Shown: positions 33,996-41,578, numbered from the stretch's first letter. The stretch: 64,000 nucleotides of DNA from Gaiellales bacterium (GCA_036273515.1 DASUHM010000002.1:748-64747); one strand, 5' to 3'. Numbers and translations are program-made. The notes: a model not told the origin generated them from the sequence alone.

Positions 33996-34718
33996 ATGGC
34001 AAGCGCTGGGGCCCCGCGCTACCGGGAGGTCGCGGACGCGCTCCAGCGGCGGATCCTGGCAGGTGACCTGACTTCCCACGACCGGCTGGCGTCGGAGCGG
34101 GAGATCGCCGAGAGCTTCGGGCTCTCCCGCATGACTGCCCGGCAGGCGGTCGAGCTGCTCGTCCGCCGCGGCGTCGTCTACCGCCGGCCGGGCTCCGGCA
34201 CCTACGTGTCGCCGCCGCGGGTCGTGCATTCGCTCGAGCGGCTGGCCGGCTTCTCCGAACAGATGCGCCGGCAGGGCGTCCATCCCGGCGGCCGCGTGCT
34301 CGAGATGCGCTGCACCGAGACCCCCGACGACGACGCCCGGCAGGCGCTCGGCCTCGGCGACCGCGAGGCCGCCTGGATGGTGCGGCGCATGCGCTACGGC
34401 GACGGCGAGCCGCTGCTGCTCGAGACGTTCTGGGTGCCGCGGGCCGTCTGCCCGGAGCTCCAGCCGGACGAGCTCACCGAGCAGTCGCTCTACGCCGTCA
34501 TGCGCAGCCGCTATGGCATCGACCCGGTCAGCGCGGAGACGTCCCTCGAGCCGGCGGCCCTGGACGCCGACGACGCCCGCCACCTGCGCGCCCGCCCCGG
34601 CGCCCCGGCCATCCTGGTCGTGCGCACCACGCGCGCAGCGGACGGCCGGGCGGTCGAGTTCGCCCGCGACCTCTACCGGGGCGACCGGGCGCGGTTCGAC
34701 CTGACGCTGCGGACGTAG
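33996..34718 (+). CDS. GntR/HutC-family transcriptional regulator (wHTH + UTRA)
   Basis: 240-aa ORF. The wHTH reads LASEREIAESFGLSRMTARQAVELLVRRGVVYRRPGSGTYV, followed by a UTRA-like C-terminal domain. It is divergent from the peptide operon. Confidence 0.85.
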   Translation: MASAGAPRYREVADALQRRILAGDLTSHDRLASEREIAESFGLSRMTARQAVELLVRRGVVYRRPGSGTYVSPPRVVHSLERLAGFSEQMRRQGVHPGGRVLEMRCTETPDDDARQALGLGDREAAWMVRRMRYGDGEPLLLETFWVPRAVCPELQPDELTEQSLYAVMRSRYGIDPVSAETSLEPAALDADDARHLRARPGAPAILVVRTTRAADGRAVEFARDLYRGDRARFDLTLRT

Positions 34719-34735
34719 CGGCGCGGCCCGCCGCC

Positions 34736-34766
34736 GCACCGTGCGGGGTCAGACCCCATTTGGTGC
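34736..34766. repeat. REP-like copy GCACCgtgcGGGGTCAGACCCCatttGGTGC, plus a half copy at 34788-34797
   Basis: Lies between the convergent HutC and thrS genes. The half copy supplies the thrS terminal codons GGG GTC TGA. Confidence 0.8.
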
Positions 34767-34788
34767 GTCTGCGCCGCACCACCTGGCG

Positions 34789-36708
34789 TCAGACCCCTGT
34801 CGCGGCAGATCGCCTGGTTGCGGCTTCGGCGACGAGCTCGTCGCGCAGCTCGGCCAGCGGGCGGGCGCCCAGGTTGCCCTCGTCGCGGCGGCGCAGCGAG
34901 ACGGCGCCCGCCTCGACCTCCTTGTCGCCGACCACGAGGATGCAGGGGATGCGCTGGTGCTCGGCCTCGGCGATCTTCTTGCCGACCGACTCGGTGCGCA
35001 GGTCGGGCTCGGCCCGCAGGCCGGCAGCGACCAGGTCGGCGGCGACCTGGGTCGCATAGTCGTCGTGACGGTCGGCGACCGGCAGCACGATCGCCTGGAG
35101 CGGCGCCAGCCACAGCGGGAACGCGCCCGCGTAGTGCTCGATCAGGATGCCGATGAAGCGCTCGAATGCGCCGAACAGCGCCCGGTGCACCATCGCCGGC
35201 CGGTGCTCGGCGTTGTCGTCGCCGGTGTAGACCATGTCGAACCGCTCGGGCATCTGGTAGTCGAGCTGGATCGTGCCCATCTGCCACGACCGGCCCACCG
35301 AGTCGGTCATGTGCAGGTCGATCTTGGGGCCGTAGAAGGCGCCGTCGCCCTCGTTCAGGTCGTACTCCTCGCCGGCGCGCGCCAGCGCGTTCGCGAGCGC
35401 CCCCTCCGCCCGGTCCCAGAGGGCGTCGTCGCCGATCCGGTTCTCGGGCCGGGTCGAGAGCTCGAGCCGCACCGGCAGGTCGAAGATGCCGTAGATGTGG
35501 CGGGCCAGCTCGAGGCAGCCGATCACCTCGTCCTCGACCTGATCGTCGGTGCAGAAGATGTGGGCGTCGTCCTGGGTGATGTGGATGACGCGGAGCAGGC
35601 CGTGGAGCGCGCCGGACGGCTCGTCGCGGTGCACCAGCCCCTGCTCGGCGAGCCGCATCGGCAGGTCGCGGTAGCTGCGCCGGGCCGCCTGGTAGATCTC
35701 GACGTGGCCGGGGCAGTTCATCGGCTTCACGCCCAGCGGGCGCTCGTCCTTCTCGGTGAAGAACATGTTCTCGCGGTACTTGTCCCAGTGCCCGGAGCGG
35801 CGCCAGATGTCGACCGAGTAGATGATCGGCGTGCGCACCTCGCGGTAGCCCCAATCCCGGTTCAGCTCGCGCCAGAGCCGGGTCAGCTCGTTCCAGATGA
35901 CCATGCCGCGGGGGTGCCAGAACGGCGCCCCCGGCGCCACGTCGGAGGTGTGGAAGAGGTCGAGCTCGCGGCCGATCCGGCGATGGTCGCGGCGGCGCGC
36001 CTCCTCCAGCAGCCGCAGATGCTCGTCGAGGTCGGCCTGCTTGAAGAAGGCGGTGCCGTAGATGCGGGTGAGCATCGTATTGGCCGAGTCGCCGCGCCAG
36101 TACGCGCCGGCCTGCGAGAGCAGCTTGAACGCCTTGATCGGCGCGGTCGTCTGCAGGTGCGGCCCGCGGCAGAGGTCCTCGAAGTCGTCGTTTCGGTACA
36201 GGCTGATGTCGCCGTCCGGAAGGCCCTCGGCCAGCTCGAGCTTGTACGGCTGGTGCTCCGCCTCGAACCGCGCCAGCAGCCCGGGCTTCTCGACCCCGTC
36301 CTCGCGGACGAAGTCCGCCGGGGTCTTCAGGATGCGGCGCATCTCGGCCTCGATCTTCTCGAGATCCTCGGGCCCGATCGGCTCGGCGAACTCGAAGTCG
36401 TAGTAGAAGCCGTCGGCGATGGCGGGGCCGATCGCGATCTTCGTGTCCGGCCACAGGTGCAGCACGGCCTGCGCCATGACGTGGGCAGTCGAGTGGCGCA
36501 GCACCGCGAGCGCCTCCGGGTCGCGGTCGGTGAGGATGCGCAGGCTCTCCCCCTCGTGTACGGGCAGGCGCAGGTCGCGCACCTCGCCGTCGACCTGGAG
36601 GGCGACTGCGGCCTTGGCCAGGCGGGGGCCGACGGCCGCGGCGGCGTCGAGGCCGCTGGCACCGTCGGGAAGGTCGAGCCCGCTGCCGTCGGGGAGGGTC
36701 ACTTTCAT
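34789..36708 (-). CDS. thrS: Threonine--tRNA ligase
   Basis: The product has a TGS domain (MKVTLPDGSGLDLPDG), class II motifs (FHTSDVAPGAPFWHPRG, RVIHITQDDAHIF) and an anticodon-binding domain. I prefer ATG 36708 because TATGCT lies 7 nt upstream. The track start at 36720 is the alternative. Confidence 0.93.
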   Translation of the reverse strand: MKVTLPDGSGLDLPDGASGLDAAAAVGPRLAKAAVALQVDGEVRDLRLPVHEGESLRILTDRDPEALAVLRHSTAHVMAQAVLHLWPDTKIAIGPAIADGFYYDFEFAEPIGPEDLEKIEAEMRRILKTPADFVREDGVEKPGLLARFEAEHQPYKLELAEGLPDGDISLYRNDDFEDLCRGPHLQTTAPIKAFKLLSQAGAYWRGDSANTMLTRIYGTAFFKQADLDEHLRLLEEARRRDHRRIGRELDLFHTSDVAPGAPFWHPRGMVIWNELTRLWRELNRDWGYREVRTPIIYSVDIWRRSGHWDKYRENMFFTEKDERPLGVKPMNCPGHVEIYQAARRSYRDLPMRLAEQGLVHRDEPSGALHGLLRVIHITQDDAHIFCTDDQVEDEVIGCLELARHIYGIFDLPVRLELSTRPENRIGDDALWDRAEGALANALARAGEEYDLNEGDGAFYGPKIDLHMTDSVGRSWQMGTIQLDYQMPERFDMVYTGDDNAEHRPAMVHRALFGAFERFIGILIEHYAGAFPLWLAPLQAIVLPVADRHDDYATQVAADLVAAGLRAEPDLRTESVGKKIAEAEHQRIPCILVVGDKEVEAGAVSLRRRDEGNLGARPLAELRDELVAEAATRRSAATGV

Positions 36709-36715
36709 GCTCGGC

Positions 36716-36721
36716 AGCATA
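36716..36721 (-). promoter_or_regulatory. -10 box TATGCT, 7 nt upstream of thrS ATG 36708
   Basis: The minus strand reads TATGCT gccgagc ATG. Confidence 0.45.
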
Positions 36722-36735
36722 CAAACGCGCGCTGG

Positions 36736-36741
36736 TACGCT
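36736..36741 (+). promoter_or_regulatory. -10 box TACGCT, 7 nt upstream of kinase ATG 36749
   Basis: Sequence is TACGCT cgccccg ATG. Confidence 0.45.
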
Positions 36742-36748
36742 CGCCCCG

Positions 36749-37894
36749 ATGACAGCGGCGATTGCGGCCTTGGCGGTGGCCCTCGGGATCGCCGTCGTCT
36801 TGCTCGTCCGGACGCGGCGCGATCACGCCGAGGGGGAGGCCGCCCTGGCGCGCGAGCTGCGCGACCGCGTCCCCCGCTCCGAGCTCTCCGAGGCGCGGGC
36901 CGGCCGCGACGCGTTGATGGCGGCCGTCCCCAGCCCGGTGCTCGTGTTCGACGCCGACGGCCGGCTGGTGCGCGCGAACGCGCTCGCCCGGGAGGAGGCA
37001 AGCGCCCTGCTCGACCTCGGCGCGCAGCCCGACCTGGCCGCAGCCGTCGAGTCGGCGCTCACCGGCGGCACCCCGGCCGGCGAGATCGGCCTGACGGTCT
37101 ACGAGCCCGACCGGCGCCGCTACCGCGCCCATCTCCAGGCGTTCCGGGGCGAGGGCGGCGCGCGCTGCGTCGTCGTCCTGACCGACGAGAGCGCCGAGGC
37201 CGACTACCGCGACGCCCGGCGGCTGTTCTCGGCCGGCGTGTCGCACGAGCTGCGCACGCCGCTCCAGCGCATCCTCGGCCTCGTCGAGACGCTCGGGCTC
37301 GACCTGCCCGACGAGGGCCGGGCCGAGATCATCGCCCAGGCCCGGCTGGAGGTCGACGGCATGCGCCGCCTGATCGAGGACATGATCATGCTCGTCCAGC
37401 TCGAGGGCCACCGCGTCGACGGAGCCGGCGAACCGACGGACATGGCCGAGGCGGTCTCGGCATGCCTGCGCCGCCACGCCGACGCCGCCGCCGAGGCGTC
37501 GATGCCGCTCAGCGCGCAGGCCAACCGCGGCCTCGTGGTGGCGGTGCCGCCGCGGCTGGTCGAGGCGGTGCTCGACAACCTGGTCGAGAACGCCATCCGC
37601 CACGCCGGCGAGGGCGAGAGCATCGAGGTGCGCGTCCGCGGCCTCTCGGGCGCCGTCGAGCTCGTCGTCCACGACACCGGCGGCCGCATCCCGCCCGACC
37701 ACCTCGGCCGGGTGTTCGAGCGCTTCCACCGGGTCGAGGACGCGCGGTCCGGCCCGGGGACGGGACTCGGCCTTGCCATCGTGAAGCACATCGCCGAGGA
37801 GTCCGGCGGCCGCGCGACGGCGGAGTCGAGCCCGACGGCGGGCACCACGATGCGGGTCGTGCTGCCCGCGCCTGCTGCTGTCCGAACCGGCTAG
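36749..37894 (+). CDS. Sensor histidine kinase (1 TM, PAS-like, HisKA, HATPase_c)
   Basis: ATG at 36749 in ORF 36419..37894. It has a TM segment (MTAAIAALAVALGIAVVLLV), H-box FSAGVSHELRTPLQ, N-box LDNLVENAIRHA and G-boxes HDTGGRIP and GTGLGLAIV. Confidence 0.85.
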   Translation: MTAAIAALAVALGIAVVLLVRTRRDHAEGEAALARELRDRVPRSELSEARAGRDALMAAVPSPVLVFDADGRLVRANALAREEASALLDLGAQPDLAAAVESALTGGTPAGEIGLTVYEPDRRRYRAHLQAFRGEGGARCVVVLTDESAEADYRDARRLFSAGVSHELRTPLQRILGLVETLGLDLPDEGRAEIIAQARLEVDGMRRLIEDMIMLVQLEGHRVDGAGEPTDMAEAVSACLRRHADAAAEASMPLSAQANRGLVVAVPPRLVEAVLDNLVENAIRHAGEGESIEVRVRGLSGAVELVVHDTGGRIPPDHLGRVFERFHRVEDARSGPGTGLGLAIVKHIAEESGGRATAESSPTAGTTMRVVLPAPAAVRTG

Positions 37895-38553
37895 TTCTGG
37901 CCGGCGTGGACGACGGCGATGTTGAAGTCGGGCCGCCCCAGCGTCCCCATCAGCCGTAGCCACAGCGGCAGGTACATCTCCTGACCGCGGGCGGCGGTGA
38001 TGTCGCCCAGGTCGAGGATCGCGTACTGCGGCCAGCCGAAGGCGCCCAGGATCCCCTCGACGGTCTTCTTCGCCTCGGCGTCGTTCCCGCTGATGAAGAG
38101 CGTGTGGTTGCCCGGCACGCTGGCCGGATCGGTCATGACGGCCTGGTTCACCGAGTTCAGCGTCTTCACGATGCGCGCGTCGGGGAACTCGCGCTGGAGC
38201 CGCTCGCCCACGCTGTCGGTGTTGCAGACCGTCAGCGTCGGCGGCCGTCCCTGGGAGAAGTCGAGCGGGTTGGAGACGTCGACCACGACCTTCCCGGCCA
38301 GATTCTCCGCCCCGGCCGCGCGCAGCGCGTCGACCGCGACGGCGCCGCCCGTGCAGTTGAACACGAGCTCCGCGCCGGACGCGGCGTCGGCGAACGTCCC
38401 CTGCGCGGCACCTCCGCCGGCAGCCGCGACCCATTCGCGGGCGTTCTCGTTGTCCGCCGTCCGCGACCCCATCGTCACCTCGTGGCCGAGCTCGACGAGC
38501 TTCGTCGCGATCGTCCGCCCGACCGTCCCTGTTCCGAGCACTGCAATTTTCAT
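37891..38553 (-). CDS. NADPH-dependent F420 reductase-like / NAD(P)-binding oxidoreductase
   Basis: 220-aa ORF with a Rossmann motif (MKIAVLGTGTVGRTIA). Its start overlaps the response-regulator stop by 1 nt (TGATG). Its stop shares CTAG with the kinase stop. Confidence 0.65.
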   Translation of the reverse strand: MKIAVLGTGTVGRTIATKLVELGHEVTMGSRTADNENAREWVAAAGGGAAQGTFADAASGAELVFNCTGGAVAVDALRAAGAENLAGKVVVDVSNPLDFSQGRPPTLTVCNTDSVGERLQREFPDARIVKTLNSVNQAVMTDPASVPGNHTLFISGNDAEAKKTVEGILGAFGWPQYAILDLGDITAARGQEMYLPLWLRLMGTLGRPDFNIAVVHAGQN

Positions 38554-39257
38554 CAGGCCGGCCCCCTTGCCATCGCCTCGAATCGGTAACCCACCCCCGG
38601 GTGGGTCTGGATGTACGTGTGCGTCGCCGAGCGCTGGTCGAGCTTCTGCCGCAGCTTACGCACGCAGACGTCGACGGTGCGGTCGCGGTAGCGGTACGGC
38701 GTGCCCCAGACGCGCTGCTGCAGCTGGTCGCGGGTGAGCGCCTTGCCCGACTCGCCCGCCAGCACCCACAGGAGCCGGAACTCCGTGCGGGTGAGGCCGG
38801 CGTCCTCGCCCTCGAGGAGCGCCTGGTGCAGGTCGGCGTCGACCACGAGCCCGGGCGCCTCGACACGGCCCGAGTCGCGGTCGGACGGCACCATCCCCGA
38901 CCGCCGCAGCGCCGCCTCGACCCGCGCCACCAGCTCGCGCATCCCGAACGGCTTGGCGAGGTAGTCGTCTGCGCCGATGCGCAGGCCGTGCACCTTGTCG
39001 TGCTCGGAGCCGCGCGCGCTGATCATGATGATCGGGATGGTCGCGCCCTCCGAGCGGAGCGCCTCGGTGATCCGCCAGCCGTCCTCGCCGGGCAGCATCA
39101 GGTCGATCACCGCGATGTCGGGCCGCTCGAAGCGCAGCTTGCGTAGGGCCGCATCGCCATTGTCGGCCCACTCCACGTCCATGCCCGCACCACGCAGGTG
39201 CGTCGCCATGGCGTTCGCGATGACGCGGTCGTCTTCGGCGATCAACACCCGTGGCAT
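38553..39257 (-). CDS. OmpR/PhoB-family response regulator
   Basis: 234-aa ORF with a receiver domain (LIAEDD...DIAVIDLMLPGEDG...KPF) and a winged-helix output domain (LTRTEFRLLWVLA...VGYRF). TAGCCT lies 8 nt upstream of the ATG. Confidence 0.9.
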   Translation of the reverse strand: MPRVLIAEDDRVIANAMATHLRGAGMDVEWADNGDAALRKLRFERPDIAVIDLMLPGEDGWRITEALRSEGATIPIIMISARGSEHDKVHGLRIGADDYLAKPFGMRELVARVEAALRRSGMVPSDRDSGRVEAPGLVVDADLHQALLEGEDAGLTRTEFRLLWVLAGESGKALTRDQLQQRVWGTPYRYRDRTVDVCVRKLRQKLDQRSATHTYIQTHPGVGYRFEAMARGPA

Positions 39258-39395
39258 CGGCGCGAAGGCTAGATGATCGGTTCCACGGCGGCGCGCGCCT
39301 GACCGTCAGGGCTGTTGGCGGGAGTTCGGACGCTGGTGGGCTGCGGCTGCGAGCCGTCGCATCCGCCCAGGACATCACGCCGCCGTGGAACCAAC

Positions 39396-39426
39396 CATCT
39401 CGCCGGTACCAGCTACCGGCGAGATG
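39396..39426. other. Perfect 13-bp stem / 5-nt loop hairpin CATCTCGCCGGTA-ccagc-TACCGGCGAGATG
   Basis: Read directly from the sequence. On the minus strand it is followed by GTTGGTT. It lies within the 430-bp non-coding region. Confidence 0.6.
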
Positions 39427-39653
39427 CGGTTCGCGCCGCTGCGGGGTTAAAAGGATTCGCCGCCCCGGCTTGCCTTTCGTCCCCCGGTCGAACGGACTTT
39501 CGAGTCGCCTCTACGGCCCGTCCGCCCGGCTTCGCTCTACTCGGCTGCCCTCGGCGGCGCAGGGGGGACACTAGGGAGTCGCAAACCCGCTTGCAAGCAA
39601 CGAATTGCCGCACTTTGCGGACATCCGCGAACGTCCGGATTCGGATTGTTCGC

Positions 39654-39675
39654 AAAGACCGAGAATCGGTCTCGG
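39654..39675 (-). terminator. Hairpin GAGACCGA-ttc-TCGGTCTT followed by TTGCG, after the second Clp-N paralog
   Basis: 7-bp stem 13 nt downstream of the stop at 39688, with a short T-run. Confidence 0.45.
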
Positions 39676-39687
39676 CGCCCGGGCCGG

Positions 39688-40377
39688 CTACTCCGGCCGC
39701 GCCTTCCACGAGACGGTGTAGGCGATCGTCCAGCGTGCTCCGCAGACGCCGCAGTCGCGGTCGCCTTGCGCCTCGACGGCGAACGTCGTGCTCGGTTGGC
39801 CGATCGAGATCGTCTCGATCGGCGTGGCGCAGACCGGGCACGCGACGAGCAGCTGGGCGGGCCGGTTGCCGGCGTGCAGGAATGGCGCAGGGTGCGGGGT
39901 CTGGCGAGGTCGCGGCCTTGCCGCCATCTCCTCGTGGCGCCCCGGTCGGGACAGCATCCGGATGAGCTCGCTGCGCACCTTCTGCGGATCGGCGTCGAAG
40001 TCGCGCAGGATCCGCGCTCCCACCCCGCCGTCCTCCCGCACCAGGCCGAGCAGGATGTGCTCGGTGCCGATGTAGTTGTGATCGAGCTCGAGCGCCTCCT
40101 GCAGCGCCAGCTCGAGCACCTTCTTCACCCGCGGCGTGAACGGGATCTGGCCGGTGTCGACCTCGTCACCCTGGCCGACGATGCGAGCGACCTGCGCGCG
40201 TACCTCGTCGGCGGTGATGTCGAGGGTGTCGAGGACGCGAGCCGCCAGCCCGTCCTCCTCGCGCAGCAGGCCGAGCAGGATGTGCTCGGTGCCGATGTAG
40301 TTGTGCTTGAGGAGTCTCGCCTCATCCTGGGCCAACACGACCACCTGACGGGCCCGCTCGGTAAAGCGTTCGAACAT
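39688..40377 (-). CDS. Clp-N (ClpA/B/C N-terminal repeat) domain protein with C-terminal CxxC...CxxC zinc-ribbon, paralog 2
   Basis: 229-aa ORF. The N-terminus MFERFTERARQVVVLAQDEARLLKHNYIGTEHILLGLLRE is the ClpC-type N-domain, and a second repeat is present. There is no AAA+ module. The C-terminus reads ACPVCATPIET...GDRDCGVCGARWTIAYTVS. Confidence 0.85.
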   Translation of the reverse strand: MFERFTERARQVVVLAQDEARLLKHNYIGTEHILLGLLREEDGLAARVLDTLDITADEVRAQVARIVGQGDEVDTGQIPFTPRVKKVLELALQEALELDHNYIGTEHILLGLVREDGGVGARILRDFDADPQKVRSELIRMLSRPGRHEEMAARPRPRQTPHPAPFLHAGNRPAQLLVACPVCATPIETISIGQPSTTFAVEAQGDRDCGVCGARWTIAYTVSWKARPE

Positions 40378-40401
40378 GACGTCAGTCTCGCAGAGCCGCC
40401 G

Positions 40402-41031
40402 CTACCCGGACAGCTCGCGTAGCGAGACGGTGTAGGCGATCGACCACCGCTTGCCGCAGTTGTGGCAGGTGCGATCGCCCTCGGCGGAGACGTCGAGGTT
40501 CGAGCCGGACCTCTCGCGGATGACCGTCTCCAGCCCCTGGCCGCACGCGGGGCATGCGATCACGACCTGCCGGATCCGGTCCGGTCCCCGCCGGCTCGGC
40601 GGCGGAAGCCGGCCGATGACCTCGTTTCGGATGGTCTCGGCATCCGCGTCGAACTCGAGCAGGATGCGTGCCGCGACGCCCTCGTTCTCGCGGACGAGGC
40701 CGAGCAGGATGTGCTCGGTCGCGATGTAGTCATGGCCGAGCGAAAGCGACTCCCGCAGCGCCAGCTCGAGCACATTCCTGGCCCGTGGAGTGAAGGCGAT
40801 CTGGCCGGTGACGACCTCATCTCCCTGAGCGACGATCCGGGCGACCTGCGCACGCACCTCCTCTTCGGTGACGTGGAGGGTCTCCAGGACGCGGGCAGCG
40901 AGGCCGTCCTCCTCGCGCAGCAGGCCCAGCAGGATGTGCTCGGTGCCGATGTAGTCGTGCTTCAGCGTGCGGGCCTCGTCCTGCGCGAGGACGACCACCT
41001 GGCGGGCCCGCTCCGTGAACCGTTCGAACAT
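40402..41031 (-). CDS. Clp-N domain protein with C-terminal zinc-ribbon, paralog 1
   Basis: 209-aa ORF with the same architecture. The C-terminus reads ACPACGQGLET...GDRTCHNCGKRWSIAYTVS. It shares a 15-nt upstream block, GCTCTGCGAGACTGA, with paralog 2. Confidence 0.85.
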   Translation of the reverse strand: MFERFTERARQVVVLAQDEARTLKHDYIGTEHILLGLLREEDGLAARVLETLHVTEEEVRAQVARIVAQGDEVVTGQIAFTPRARNVLELALRESLSLGHDYIATEHILLGLVRENEGVAARILLEFDADAETIRNEVIGRLPPPSRRGPDRIRQVVIACPACGQGLETVIRERSGSNLDVSAEGDRTCHNCGKRWSIAYTVSLRELSG

Positions 41032-41170
41032 ACCCTCAGTCTCGCAGAGCGGTCATCGCCGTTCGTCTTTGCCGCAGCCGGGCCGGGTGGCTGTGACGGA
41101 GGACTTCGCCTTCCGCGGCGGAGGCGAGACCGCGCTCTCGCCGGAGCGCACGAGGGCCCGCCACATCCCC

Positions 41171-41202
41171 GACGCGGGGGGACCCATGGGTTCCCCCGCG
41201 TC
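41171..41202. terminator. GC hairpin GACGCGGGGG-gacccatgggtt-CCCCCGCGTC enclosing the Nudix stop codon
   Basis: 10-bp perfect stem whose inner CCCATGGG is also palindromic. There is no U-tract. Confidence 0.4.
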
Positions 41203-41578
41203 AAAGATGCTTGCGCGCGCGGGCGAGCACGTCCCGGTCGGTGGCGTAGGTGAGGAGCTCCTCGACGCCGTCCGGGGCGAGCCAGCGCACGTCGTCGACG
41301 TCGTCGGCCGTGTCGATCGCGTCGGCGCAGGCGGTCATCAGATACCAGCGGACGGTCTTCGGGCGGCCGCTGGCGACCTCGTAGGAGACCGTGCCGAGAT
41401 CCCGCTCGATGACCGCCTCGCGGCCCGTCTCCTCGCGCACCTCGCGCACGGCCGCGGTCGCGTCGTCCTCGCCGGGCTCGAGCTTGCCCTTCGGCAGCGA
41501 CCAGTCGCCGTGCTGCGGCCGGTGGACGACCGCGATCAGCCCATCACGGCGCACGACCCCGCCGGCCGCGCGGATCAT
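41201..41578 (-). CDS. Nudix hydrolase
   Basis: 125-aa ORF with the Nudix box GKLEPGEDDATAAVREVREETG. Its ATG overlaps the upstream stop (ATGA). Confidence 0.9.
   Translation of the reverse strand: MIRAAGGVVRRDGLIAVVHRPQHGDWSLPKGKLEPGEDDATAAVREVREETGREAVIERDLGTVSYEVASGRPKTVRWYLMTACADAIDTADDVDDVRWLAPDGVEELLTYATDRDVLARARKHL

Noticed and set aside
36709-36760. T-box or other leader upstream of thrS (and of pheS at 20411-20450)
   Set aside because: The upstream spacers are only 40 and 24 bp to the divergent gene starts. The geometry indicates leaderless or very short leaders.
34673-38866. 1397-aa minus-strand ORF and 1072-aa plus-strand ORF (34741..37959) spanning thrS, the kinase and the reductase
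   Set aside because: Both are low-complexity R/P/G/A translations. thrS (34789..36708), the kinase and the reductase explain the region with canonical motifs.
39258-39687. RNase P RNA, tmRNA, SRP/4.5S RNA, or a c-di-GMP, ZTP, cobalamin or c-di-AMP riboswitch in the large non-coding gap
   Set aside because: Several fragments are superficially suggestive: GAAAGTCCG, GGACGAAAGGCAAGCC and CCGCCCAGG. The diagnostic cores are absent on both strands. These are GAGGAAAGTCCGGGC plus GGTAAGGGTGAAAGGGTG for RNase P, a tag ORF plus a TCCACCA 3' end for tmRNA, GGAAGCAGCC for SRP RNA, and the B12 box. I keep the region only as an unclassified structured element.
41032-41200. ClgR, CtsR or CIRCE-type operator upstream of the Clp-N paralogs
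   Set aside because: The shared block GCTCTGCGAGACTGA contains CGC-N3-GCG, not the CGC-N5-GCG spacing I recall for ClgR. There are no GGTCAAA repeats and no CIRCE palindrome.
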